35,492 nt of DNA from an uncultured Clostridia bacterium. Its GTDB lineage: Bacteria; Bacillota; Clostridia; TANB77; CAG-508. Below are positions 17,038 to 26,243 of the stretch, in pieces. Each line of letters opens with the position of its first letter. Position 1 is the stretch's first letter. Both the position numbers and the translations under genes were made by a program. The notes under the pieces were generated by a model, which was not told the DNA's origin, did not search any database, and saw only the letters and a program-made list of their open reading frames with translations. Where the stretch lies: the NCBI GenBank assembly GCA_944388015.1, contig CALXHD010000001.1:1-35492 (forward strand), given 5' to 3'.

Positions 17038-17151
17038 TTTTTGCATTCCTTTCTCAAAATATATAATATTTTGTTACAAATTACAGCTATTTTATATAGC
17101 TATAAATTATAACAATATTTTAATTAATTATTAATTTTTCCCTTTATTCTT

Positions 17152-18411
17152 TTATATTATAACACTTGAATTATAAAAATTCAATAGGGAATTTTTGCTT
17201 AAAACATCATTTGAATAAATAGTTGCAAGATTTTCTCCTGCTTTTATATGATCTCCCACCTCTTTATAAAATTCTATTCCTACAGCAGAATCAATTTTAT
17301 CTTCTTTTTTTATTCTTCCTGCTCCTAATTCACATACAAATTTTGCAATCACATCAGCTTTTAACTCTTTAATTATTCCATCTTTATCACTTATAATATT
17401 ATATACAAATTTAGTTTTTTCAAATTTTTCTAAATTTTCTATGTAACTAATATCACCATTTTGTCTTTTTACCATTTGCATAAATTTGTTATATCCTTTA
17501 CCATTTTTTATATTTTCCATCATTTTCTTTTTATTTTCTTCTAAATCATCACCTAGTCCAGCCAATTTAATCATGCTTGCTCCTAATTCCAAAACTACAT
17601 GTTCTAATCTCTTAGAGATACATTCTCCTCTTAAAAATCTAACTGCTTCTTTTACCTCCAAACTATTTCCAACAGTATACCCAAGTGGAACATTCATATC
17701 TGTTAATATATATGCTGTTTCTTTATCTGCTAATTTACCAATTCTAACCATTTGCTCTGCTAATTCTTTTGCCCTCTCTATATTTTTCATAAAAGCCCCT
17801 CTACCATATGTAACTTCCAAAACAATTTTATCTGCACCACTTGCAATCTTTTTACTCATTATACTAGATGCAATCAGTGGTATACTCTCTACACATGAAA
17901 TGCTATCACGCAATGCATATATTTTTTTATCAGCTGGGGCCAAATTTTTAGTTTGAGATATCATACTAATATTAATATCTTGAACATTTTTTATAAATTC
18001 TTCTTCAGTAATTTCTGTTCTAAAATTTGGAATACTTTCTAATTTATCAACAGTACCACCTGTAAAACCAAGCCCTCTGCCTGACATTTTAGCGACTTTA
18101 ACACCTAAAGAACTAATAAGTGGCAATAATATAATAGATACTTTGTCCCCCACTCCACCTGTTGAATGTTTATCTACTATTATGCCACCTATTTTACTTA
18201 GGTCTAATATATCTCCTGAATTAGCCATCTCTATTGTAAATGTTGTTAATTCTTTATCTGTCATTCCATTTATAAATATTGCCATAATCAAAGCAGAAGC
18301 TTGATAATCTGCAATTTCTCCATCTGTATAACCTTTAATAAAATATTTTATTTCTTCATCAGTTAATTCTTTTTTATCTCTTTTCTTTTCTATAATTTCC
18401 AAAATATTCAT
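17152..18411 (-). CDS. pdp: Pyrimidine-nucleoside (thymidine) phosphorylase
   Basis: The hallmark DKHSTGGVGDK is present, and the N-terminus EIIEKKRDKKELTDEEIKYFIKGYTDGEIADYQASALIMAI fits the family. Confidence 0.93.
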   Translation of the reverse strand: MNILEIIEKKRDKKELTDEEIKYFIKGYTDGEIADYQASALIMAIFINGMTDKELTTFTIEMANSGDILDLSKIGGIIVDKHSTGGVGDKVSIILLPLISSLGVKVAKMSGRGLGFTGGTVDKLESIPNFRTEITEEEFIKNVQDINISMISQTKNLAPADKKIYALRDSISCVESIPLIASSIMSKKIASGADKIVLEVTYGRGAFMKNIERAKELAEQMVRIGKLADKETAYILTDMNVPLGYTVGNSLEVKEAVRFLRGECISKRLEHVVLELGASMIKLAGLGDDLEENKKKMMENIKNGKGYNKFMQMVKRQNGDISYIENLEKFEKTKFVYNIISDKDGIIKELKADVIAKFVCELGAGRIKKEDKIDSAVGIEFYKEVGDHIKAGENLATIYSNDVLSKNSLLNFYNSSVII

Positions 18412-18484
18412 ATTTATAATATTCCTTTCTTTAAGAGCAAATCGGAAATCCTTATAATTTGCAATAATTTCAATTTTTCTGTAA

Positions 18485-19120
18485 CTAACAGCTTTTTATA
18501 ATATTTTTAGTAAAACTGATTCTATGTATTGGACATAATCCATATTCTCTAATGGCTTCCATATGTTTCTTTGTTCCATAGCCTTTGTGTTGTGCAAATC
18601 CATATTGTGGATATACTAAATCCCATTCCCTCATAATTCTATCTCTTGTAACTTTAGCTAAAATTGAAGCACAAGATATAGAATAACATTTTGCATCACC
18701 TTTAATTATTGATTCATATGGTATCCTTTTTGTATTTATATGTTCTAATGCATCTACAATTATTAAATCAGGTTTTACATCCATTTCTTCTGCAATTTTT
18801 GTTACTCCTTGTTTTGTTGCATTTAATATATTTATATCATCTATTACATCTTGTCCTATAATTTGTACTGAATAACTAATTGCCTCTTTTATTATCAAAT
18901 CATATAATACTTCTCTTTTCTTTTCAGATACTTTTTTTGAGTCATTTACACCTTCTATCATCGAATCTTGTGGCATTATAACCCCTGCAACAACAACAGG
19001 ACCAGCTAATGGTCCTCTTCCTGCTTCATCTATTCCACATATATTTTTAAATCCTTTTTTGTGTAAATCATTTTCTATTTGTTTTAAATTTATTAATCTT
19101 GTTTGTTCTTTTTCTTTCAT
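18485..19120 (-). CDS. rnhB: Ribonuclease HII
   Basis: CGIDEAGRGPLAGPVVVAGV and DSKK..EKKRE are present, and the length is typical. Confidence 0.93.
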   Translation of the reverse strand: MKEKEQTRLINLKQIENDLHKKGFKNICGIDEAGRGPLAGPVVVAGVIMPQDSMIEGVNDSKKVSEKKREVLYDLIIKEAISYSVQIIGQDVIDDINILNATKQGVTKIAEEMDVKPDLIIVDALEHINTKRIPYESIIKGDAKCYSISCASILAKVTRDRIMREWDLVYPQYGFAQHKGYGTKKHMEAIREYGLCPIHRISFTKNIIKSC

Positions 19121-19156
19121 TTTTTAACACATTCCTTTTTATTTCTTTAGCATATG

Positions 19157-19693
19157 TTAGATTTCAATATTTCTAATATCATCTAAACAATATTTTTCAC
19201 CATCATCTGTTTTAATACCATTTGTATTATATATTTTTGCATTTGCATTTACAACATCATACACTATTATATACCATCCCTCTTCAGCATTTGATACAAC
19301 ACCTTTTATGCCCATTTCTGCCAAATCTTCATTTGAAATCTGATATGTGTTTCCATTTTTTATCTCTTCTATGCTTATTCCTATAGATGTTAATGTTGAT
19401 ACTATTCCATCATTCTCAGTAACTTTTTTACCTTTTAATTCATTACTTGATTTTTCTTTCATTTCGTCTGTTGCTTCATCAGGCTTTACACCTAACTGAA
19501 AATTTGCATTTTCAACATATTTTTTTGCTTTTGCTTCTATTAATAGCATATTTGTCTGCATATTTTGTATTTGAGCTTTGTTTATACTGTCTATTCCATA
19601 ATTTACAGTTATTGATACTATTATCAACAATACTATTATTGTAATTACAAGTGTCATTAAAGTTATACCCTTATTATTTTTTAAATTACTCAT
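19157..19693 (-). CDS. Pilin/pseudopilin-like protein with a prepilin-type N-terminus
   Basis: MSNLKNNKG|ITLMTLVITIIVLLIIVSITV resembles a class III signal peptide. Position +5 is Thr rather than the canonical Glu. Confidence 0.55.
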   Translation of the reverse strand: MSNLKNNKGITLMTLVITIIVLLIIVSITVNYGIDSINKAQIQNMQTNMLLIEAKAKKYVENANFQLGVKPDEATDEMKEKSSNELKGKKVTENDGIVSTLTSIGISIEEIKNGNTYQISNEDLAEMGIKGVVSNAEEGWYIIVYDVVNANAKIYNTNGIKTDDGEKYCLDDIRNIEI

Positions 19694-19715
19694 TTTTGAT
19701 ATTCCTTCCTATATA

Positions 19716-20303
19716 TTATTTTCTTTTTATAACTACTTGTTGTTTTTCCTTTTTTAGATCACTTTTATCTATAAATCCATCTTTGTACAAATACTTAACA
19801 TACATTATTAAAGAAAATATGGTAGCAAATATAGCTATACAATAAAGTATCATATCAATATGTGTCCAAATTCCTGTAAATCCAAACTGTTTATTAATAA
19901 GTGAGAAAACTATTGCAAAATAAAATAAAACAGTTGCTAATTTTCCAAACCATTTGCTATATACAACTACATCTTTTCCATATAAAAAAGATGCTCCTAT
20001 AATCATAATAAATTCTTTTAGCATAACAATTATTAGAATCCAAAAAGGAATAATTTCTTTAAAAACTAATGTCGCCAAAACAGAAATTTGAGTTAACTTA
20101 TCAGCTAATGGATCCATTAATTTCCCAAATGTTGATATTAAATTATATTTTCTTGCAATTGCACCATCTAGGATATCTGTTATCCCAGATAGTGTAAAAA
20201 ATACAAATGCTAATATATAATTACCAGTAAAAATAAAATATAATATAACTGGTATTAAAATAAATCTAATTATTGTTAATATATTTGGTATGTGTTTTAG
20301 CAT
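19716..20303 (-). CDS. pgsA: CDP-diacylglycerol--glycerol-3-phosphate 3-phosphatidyltransferase
   Basis: The CDP-alcohol phosphatidyltransferase motif DILDGAIARKYNLISTFGKLMDPLADKL is present in a multi-TM protein of 195 aa. Confidence 0.88.
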   Translation of the reverse strand: MLKHIPNILTIIRFILIPVILYFIFTGNYILAFVFFTLSGITDILDGAIARKYNLISTFGKLMDPLADKLTQISVLATLVFKEIIPFWILIIVMLKEFIMIIGASFLYGKDVVVYSKWFGKLATVLFYFAIVFSLINKQFGFTGIWTHIDMILYCIAIFATIFSLIMYVKYLYKDGFIDKSDLKKEKQQVVIKRK

Positions 20304-20324
20304 ATTTATTTCTCCTTAAATTAG

Positions 20325-22697
20325 TTATATAATTGTTTCAAAAGTTAAATTTTTATCTGAAAAATCTACTTTAATCTTTTGACCATTTTGAATTTCCCCT
20401 TTTAAAATCTTTTCTGATATTTCATCTTCAACATATCTTTGTATTGCCCTTCTTAAAGGTCTTGCTCCAAATTTGATATTTGTTCCTTTTTCTAATATAA
20501 AATGTTTAGCCTTTTCTGTAACTTCTAGTATAATATCTTTTTCTTTTAGTGCTTTTTCTGTATCTTTTAACATTAAATCAACAATTTGAATCAATTCTTT
20601 TTCTGTTAAAGAGTCAAATACAACAATTTCGTCAACTCTATTTAAAAATTCTGGTCTAAATACATTTTTTAAATTATCTTCTATTTTGCTTTTATCAACA
20701 GTTTGTTTGCCAAATCCTATAGAGTTGTTGTTTAAATTAGATCCTGCATTTGATGTCATAATTATAATAGTATTTGAAAAATTAACTGTATTTCCTTGAC
20801 TATCTGTTAATTTACCATCATCTAATACTTGTAGTAAAATATTAAATACATCAGGATGTGCTTTCTCTATTTCATCTAATAATATTATTGAATATGGTTT
20901 TCTTTTTACTTTATCTGTTAATTGACCAGCTTCATCATAACCCACATATCCTGGAGGTGCTCCAATTAGTTTGGATGTTGAATGACTCTCCATATATTCA
21001 GACATATCAATTCTTATCATTGCATCATCTTTTCCAAACATTTCATATGCTAAACTTTTTGCTAATTCTGTTTTTCCAACTCCTGTAGGACCTACAAAAA
21101 TAAATGATGGTGGTCTTTTTGTACTTTGTAAACCTGCTCTATTTCTACGTATTGCTCTAGCTACAGTACTTACAGCCTCTTTTTGTCCTATAATTCTTTT
21201 ATGAAGATTTGTTTCTAGATTTAACAATTTTTGTGTCTCTGCTTCTGTGATTTTTTTAACAGGTATTTTGGTCCAACTCTCTATAACAGTTGCTATATCT
21301 TGAACCGTTAAGTTTTTAAGTTTCATTTTTTTATTTAGCTCATCAATTTGTTCTGTAAGTTGACATTCTCTTGTTTTTAAATCTGCTGCCTTTTGATAAT
21401 CTTCTGTTGAGTCTGCTGCAACAACCTCTTCTTTCTCTGCCTGAACATCTGCTAATTCTTTTTTTAGCATTTCTAATTTATATAACTCTTTATTTTCTAA
21501 ATTAATTCGTGAACATGCCTCATCTAAAATATCAATTGCTTTATCAGGTAAAAATCTATCATGTATATATTTTTCAGACATAACAACAGCTTGTTTTATT
21601 ACATCAGATGATATTTTAACTTTGTGATATTCTTCATAATATTTTTTTATTCCCTCCAAAATTCCTATAGAATCATCAATATCTGGCTCCTCTACCAAAA
21701 CTTGTTGGAATCTACGTTCTAGTGCTGTATCTTTTTCTATATATTTACGATATTCTTTTAGAGTTGTTGTTCCTATTAATTGGATTTCACCATTTGAAAG
21801 AGCTGGTTTTAAAATATTTGCAGCATTCATAGCATGTTCTCCATCACCTGCTCCTATTATATTGTGAATTTCATCTATTACTAGTATAATATTACCATAT
21901 TGCTTACATTCATCAATAATACCTTTCATACGTGATTCAAACTGTCCTCTAAATTGTGTACCTGCTATAACAGCAGTCATATCTAATAAATATACTTCTT
22001 TATTTAATAATTTTGCTGGTACATTTTGATTTGCTATTTTTATTGCTAACCCTTGTGCTATTGCAGTTTTACCTACACCAGGTTCTCCAATTAAACATGG
22101 ATTATTTTTAGAACGTCTATTTAAAATTTGTATTATCCTTTGGATCTCTTTATCTCTCCCTATAACAATATCAAGTTCTCCGTTTTTTGCTTTATTTGTT
22201 AGATTTGTTCCATAAGTGTCCAAATATTTTTTCTTTTTATTTTGTTTTGTATTTTTCTTTTTATCTACTTTTATTTTTTTTCTACTATTACTCTGTGTAT
22301 TAAATTCGTCTTGATTAGGATTTCCTCCACCAAAAACTCCTGAAAATATACTACCTAATGGTATAGCTGCACCAGCAATTTTAGGTGTATTTGCACTATC
22401 AGGGTCATCTTCATCATAATCATCTGTACCAAATGTAAAAGCTCCATCTATTTTACTAATATCTTCTAAATTAATATTTTCAGCTAAATCTTTGAATATT
22501 GTTTCAAATTGATTCTTCATTTCATCCATATTTACTTTATCTTTTGACAAAATATCGTTTTGTCTAGCTAATGTTTCAACTGGGTCAATTCCTTGTTTTT
22601 TAGCACAATCATAACATAGTCCTTCTATTTTGCTAGGGTCATTATCTTTTTCAAAAAATATTAATGCTGGATTTTTTTTGCATTTTGAACATAACAT
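20325..22697 (-). CDS. clpC: Clp/Hsp100 AAA+ unfoldase (ClpC-like) with a non-canonical zinc-ribbon N-terminus
   Basis: There are two AAA+ modules (GEPGVGKTAIA and GPTGVGKTELA), a short UVR-like middle domain and a ClpP-docking loop SIGFGK. The N-terminus is CSKC...CYDC plus a Lys-rich linker instead of Clp_N repeats. Confidence 0.88.
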   Translation of the reverse strand: MLCSKCKKNPALIFFEKDNDPSKIEGLCYDCAKKQGIDPVETLARQNDILSKDKVNMDEMKNQFETIFKDLAENINLEDISKIDGAFTFGTDDYDEDDPDSANTPKIAGAAIPLGSIFSGVFGGGNPNQDEFNTQSNSRKKIKVDKKKNTKQNKKKKYLDTYGTNLTNKAKNGELDIVIGRDKEIQRIIQILNRRSKNNPCLIGEPGVGKTAIAQGLAIKIANQNVPAKLLNKEVYLLDMTAVIAGTQFRGQFESRMKGIIDECKQYGNIILVIDEIHNIIGAGDGEHAMNAANILKPALSNGEIQLIGTTTLKEYRKYIEKDTALERRFQQVLVEEPDIDDSIGILEGIKKYYEEYHKVKISSDVIKQAVVMSEKYIHDRFLPDKAIDILDEACSRINLENKELYKLEMLKKELADVQAEKEEVVAADSTEDYQKAADLKTRECQLTEQIDELNKKMKLKNLTVQDIATVIESWTKIPVKKITEAETQKLLNLETNLHKRIIGQKEAVSTVARAIRRNRAGLQSTKRPPSFIFVGPTGVGKTELAKSLAYEMFGKDDAMIRIDMSEYMESHSTSKLIGAPPGYVGYDEAGQLTDKVKRKPYSIILLDEIEKAHPDVFNILLQVLDDGKLTDSQGNTVNFSNTIIIMTSNAGSNLNNNSIGFGKQTVDKSKIEDNLKNVFRPEFLNRVDEIVVFDSLTEKELIQIVDLMLKDTEKALKEKDIILEVTEKAKHFILEKGTNIKFGARPLRRAIQRYVEDEISEKILKGEIQNGQKIKVDFSDKNLTFETII

Positions 22698-22736
22698 ATA
22701 TTTTTTTCCTCATTTCCTTATAAAGTTTCATTATAT

Positions 22737-22765
22737 ATAATACATTAAAATTGGGAATTAGTCAA
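22737..22765 (-). promoter_or_regulatory. Candidate clpC-like promoter
   Basis: The minus strand reads TTGACT, a 17-nt spacer, then TATTAT. Confidence 0.45.
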
Positions 22766-22773
22766 TAATTTTA

Positions 22774-22802
22774 TTGCAGTAAAAAAAACATTATGATATA
22801 AT
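22774..22802 (+). promoter_or_regulatory. Candidate promoter for the 22848 gene
   Basis: TTGCAG, a 17-nt spacer, then an extended -10 (TGATATAAT). The -10 ends at 22802, so the track ATG at 22803 cannot be the start codon. Confidence 0.5.
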
Positions 22803-22847
22803 ATGAATTATAATGAATTCACACCAAAGATTGGAGAAAAGGTTAAA

Positions 22848-23684
22848 ATGAATGTTAATTTGCCAAATAACTATAAAATCAATAAAAAAGATATAATTTT
22901 ATACGCAATTGCAATAATTATTTGCATTGTAGCACTTACAATAATAGTTGCAATAATTTTTTTAGGTGAAGATGTAGTTCAAAAAAATAAAGTAGAGATT
23001 GCAACAGAAGAAGAAAAAATAGAATTACGAACTAATTTTGAAAATATGTTTAAAAATAACTTAACAGGTGAAATTCAAGACATAGAAAAAAATAATAATG
23101 ACAAAGATTATGTATATACTGCTCTTGAAGCTACAAATACAAGTGAAAATAATTATTCTTTAAATGTACATATACCAGAAATTAATATAAAAAATGATGT
23201 TGTTACTGAAATAAACACAGATATTGCTAAAAGATATAAACAAGAAGTTAGTAATGTTTTAAATTCTAAAGGTAAAAATACTATATATTCAATAGAATAT
23301 GAAGCACATGTCGAAAATAATATATTATTTTTAACTATACGTTCAAATTTAAAGCAGTCAAATAATGCTCAAAAATTAATGATTTATACATATAATTATG
23401 ATTTAAAAGAGCAAAAATCACATACATTAGATGAATTAATACAAATTTTAAATTATGACAAAACAGAAATACAGAATTTAATTAATTCTGAAATAAAGTC
23501 ACAAGAAGAAAATGCTAATAGTTTAAAAGAATTGGGATATTCAATATATTTAAGAGATAGTTCGTCAGATATCTATAAAGTAGAAAATTCAGATTACTTT
23601 TTTATTAAAGATGGAAGATTATATATAATATATCCATATGGTAATGAAGCTGTAACAAGTGAAATGGATCTAGTTATAATATAA
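22848..23684 (+). CDS. Hypothetical membrane-anchored protein (possibly DUF4163/DUF3298, RsiV-like ectodomain)
   Basis: GGAGAAAAGG lies before the ATG at 22848. There is one TM helix (IILYAIAIIICIVALTIIVAIIFL) and a C-terminus ...FFIKDGRLYIIYPYGNEAV. The family assignment is tentative. Confidence 0.6.
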   Translation: MNVNLPNNYKINKKDIILYAIAIIICIVALTIIVAIIFLGEDVVQKNKVEIATEEEKIELRTNFENMFKNNLTGEIQDIEKNNNDKDYVYTALEATNTSENNYSLNVHIPEINIKNDVVTEINTDIAKRYKQEVSNVLNSKGKNTIYSIEYEAHVENNILFLTIRSNLKQSNNAQKLMIYTYNYDLKEQKSHTLDELIQILNYDKTEIQNLINSEIKSQEENANSLKELGYSIYLRDSSSDIYKVENSDYFFIKDGRLYIIYPYGNEAVTSEMDLVII

Positions 23685-23703
23685 TTTCATATTACTTTCT
23701 ATC

Positions 23704-23741
23704 CAAAGAAAAAAGAAGCCGTTGAGCTTCTTTTTTCTTTG
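23704..23741. terminator. Perfect 16-bp hairpin between convergent genes
   Basis: CAAAGAAAAAAGAAGC-cgttga-GCTTCTTTTTTCTTTG. Confidence 0.55.
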
Positions 23742-23853
23742 AAAATAAAAGGGGATGTTTTTTGTTTTAAATCAGTATCTCTAACTGATTATGTTTGTAT
23801 TATAACTTGCTTTTTTGTCCATTTTGTGAATTAAAAGTGAAAAAGTTGTTAAT

Positions 23854-25122
23854 TTAAGGTTGTTCTCCTAATTTTATTGTTAATTCTTTTTCTTGTCCCT
23901 CACGATTTACTTTAATTTTCATCTCATCACCTATTTTATGAGAATTTTTTATTTTATTTAAATCATCCATATTAGTAATTTTAGTTCCGTCTGCTTCAAT
24001 AATTACATCTCCTGGTTTAACACCTGCTTTTTCAGCACTTGAAAAATCTTCTACACTTTTTACATAAACACCTATAACTAAATTATATGTTTTAGCAGTT
24101 TGTTCATCTAAATCAATTCCAGTAATACCAATATATGGTCTTTTAACTTTACTATATTGTATTAATTGAGATGTTATATCTGTTGTTGAATTAATAGGAA
24201 TAGCAAATCCCATACCTTCAATACCTGTTCCTGAAAGTTTTAGTGTATTTATTCCAATAACTTTACCTTCACTATTAACTAAAGCTCCTCCACTATTACC
24301 TGAATTTATAGCTGCATCTGTCTGTATTAATGTATATTTTTTACCATCTGAATCTGTAACTTCTCTATTAACAGCACTAACTATACCACATGTTACACTG
24401 CTCTCCATACCAATAGGATTTCCAACAGCCATTGCAAATTCTCCTACTTTTATAGAATCAGAATCAGCAAATTCAGCTTTTGAAAGACCTGTTTTATCTA
24501 TTTTTATAACTGCTAAATCTGTTTCTTCATCTTTTCCTACAATTTTAGCCTCATATTCAGTTGAATCATTAAATAATGTAACAGTTAATTTGGAGGCTTC
24601 TGAAACTTGATAAAAAGAATCATTATTATTACTTGTAGAACTTGAAACAACATGATTATTTGTTAAAATATAACCGTCTTCACTTATTATTATTCCTGAA
24701 CCTGTGGCAGTTGCTGTAGAAGTACCTGATTGACCAAACATTTGAAGCATTGCATTATTTACAGTATACTCTAATTTAATACCAACAATTGATGGTAAGA
24801 TTTTATTTGCCGCATAAACTGCTGTATCTGAATAATTAGATAAACTAATTTGTGATACATAACCACTTGATGTACCATTTGAATTTAGTGAGGTATTACT
24901 CAAATTACTAGATTCACTTCCAATAATTTGATTTCTTATAGATGGTACTCCAAAACATGTACCAATTACTACCGCACAACCAATTACTCCACTACAAAAT
25001 GGTAAAACAACACTCTTTCCAAAACCTGATTTAACTTTTTTGTCATTATATGGATTAACTGTAGTTACTGCTTTAAAATTATTTGTTTGTTTTTTTTCAT
25101 TCTCGTTTTTGTTTACTTCCAT
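23854..25122 (-). CDS. htrA: HtrA/DegP-family serine protease with PDZ domain
   Basis: The protein has an N-terminal TM anchor, the trypsin-like triad region (TNNHVV, DLAVIK, GNSGGALVN) and a C-terminal PDZ domain. Confidence 0.92.
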   Translation of the reverse strand: MEVNKNENEKKQTNNFKAVTTVNPYNDKKVKSGFGKSVVLPFCSGVIGCAVVIGTCFGVPSIRNQIIGSESSNLSNTSLNSNGTSSGYVSQISLSNYSDTAVYAANKILPSIVGIKLEYTVNNAMLQMFGQSGTSTATATGSGIIISEDGYILTNNHVVSSSTSNNNDSFYQVSEASKLTVTLFNDSTEYEAKIVGKDEETDLAVIKIDKTGLSKAEFADSDSIKVGEFAMAVGNPIGMESSVTCGIVSAVNREVTDSDGKKYTLIQTDAAINSGNSGGALVNSEGKVIGINTLKLSGTGIEGMGFAIPINSTTDITSQLIQYSKVKRPYIGITGIDLDEQTAKTYNLVIGVYVKSVEDFSSAEKAGVKPGDVIIEADGTKITNMDDLNKIKNSHKIGDEMKIKVNREGQEKELTIKLGEQP

Positions 25123-25195
25123 TTAAAAGACCTCCCAATAATTTATTGATATTTATTTATATCATATCTAATTTATAAATAGAATACAATATATT

Positions 25196-25212
25196 TGTGA
25201 AAATTCTGTGAA
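25196..25212. promoter_or_regulatory. TGTGAA-N5-TGTGAA direct repeat, candidate OmpR-family response-regulator site
   Basis: The perfect hexamer repeat has 11-bp periodicity. It ends 6 nt upstream of a candidate htrA -35 (minus strand TTGTAT, 17 nt, TATGAT at 25189..25161). Confidence 0.4.
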
Positions 25213-25295
25213 AAAAATGTTATATTTTAATGATACAAAGATTGATTTATTTTTTTACATATGTTATATATTAAATATAAAGGGGGGAATTTATA

Positions 25296-25478
25296 ATGAA
25301 CAAATTAAGTAAAATACTATTAGCTCTTGTTATTATACTTACAATTGGATTAATCACTATGACAGTTCTATTTTTTAATATGAAAAACACTGCTGAATTT
25401 AACTTTAGCATGTATGAATCTCAAAAAGAAACATCTAATTTTTTAGAAAAACAACTAGAAGAATATATGCAAGAATAA
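25296..25478 (+). CDS. Small hypothetical membrane protein (60 aa)
   Basis: A strong SD (AAAGGGGGG) lies 8 nt upstream. There is one TM helix (ILLALVIILTIGLITMTVLFF). Confidence 0.5.
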   Translation: MNKLSKILLALVIILTIGLITMTVLFFNMKNTAEFNFSMYESQKETSNFLEKQLEEYMQE

Positions 25479-25482
25479 AAGT

Positions 25483-25542
25483 ACAAGAAGCGGACTTTTT
25501 ACATTTTATATTTTTTAAACATTTTAATGTCCGCGTCTTTGT
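25483..25542. terminator. GC-clamped hairpin with a large AT loop between convergent genes
   Basis: ACAAGAAGCGGAC pairs with GTCCGCGTCTTTGT (12 pairs, one bulge, one mismatch). The 33-nt loop contains ACATTTTA twice. Confidence 0.35.
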
Positions 25543-25571
25543 TCGTGCAATAATTTTTCTTATATGAAACT

Positions 25572-26183
25572 TTATTCAAAATCTTCCAATGTCTGATTTA
25601 AATGTTCTTTTCCATATACTTTGAGTCCATTTTTAATACTTATCTTATCAGTTTCTGTTAAATAATCTATAGCAATCTCTGTATACTCATATACCTCTTC
25701 TGAACCATCATCATTTATTAGATATACGACAATCTCTCCATCTACATCTCTTAAAACATAATGTTCCTCACAACTACCTTCTTCACTTTTTGTTAAAATA
25801 ACCTCATTGTTTTTAAATTCTTCTATAGTCCATTCAGAATAAATATCCTGAATTTCTTCTTGTGTCTTATTTACTAATTCAGTTGGAATATTCATATATT
25901 TATTAACAATATGTCCACATTTTTCATATCTTGTCTTAAAAATAAAACTGCAATTTGGTGATAATGTAATTTGACTTTGTGTACTTGCTTGTGTATCTAA
26001 TTCATTCTCTTTTTGCAATTCTTCCATTTCTTCTGTACAATCATCTACAATCTCTTCAGATAATTGTGTAGTATTATTAACTAAATTTTCAGTTTTACTT
26101 TGATCTTGAAAAAAACTTACTCCAAAAAAAATTGCAAATAAAACAACGATAAAGACTATTAAACCTGTAATTATTTTATTCAT
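25572..26183 (-). CDS. Membrane-anchored protein with a BofC C-terminal-like domain
   Basis: GGAGG lies 5 nt before the ATG at 26183 (the track starts at a TTG at 26195). There is an N-terminal TM helix. The C-terminus is ...CEEHYVLRDVDGEIVVYLINDDGSEEVYEYTEIAIDYLTETDKISIKNGLKVYGKEHLNQTLEDFE. Confidence 0.55.
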   Translation of the reverse strand: MNKIITGLIVFIVVLFAIFFGVSFFQDQSKTENLVNNTTQLSEEIVDDCTEEMEELQKENELDTQASTQSQITLSPNCSFIFKTRYEKCGHIVNKYMNIPTELVNKTQEEIQDIYSEWTIEEFKNNEVILTKSEEGSCEEHYVLRDVDGEIVVYLINDDGSEEVYEYTEIAIDYLTETDKISIKNGLKVYGKEHLNQTLEDFE

Positions 26184-26243
26184 ATTTACCTCCAATATTG
26201 TTTTATTTTATTATTTACAATTTTGGAAATTTTATACAAAATA

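Noticed and set aside
16919-17134. 71-aa plus-strand ORF in the pdp-cdaA gap
   Set aside because: It has no SD and a low-complexity L/F/I sequence. It is antisense to the more plausible minus-strand 46-codon ORF.
22698-22800. CtsR operator upstream of the ClpC-like gene
   Set aside because: No GGTCAAA heptad direct repeat occurs on either strand.
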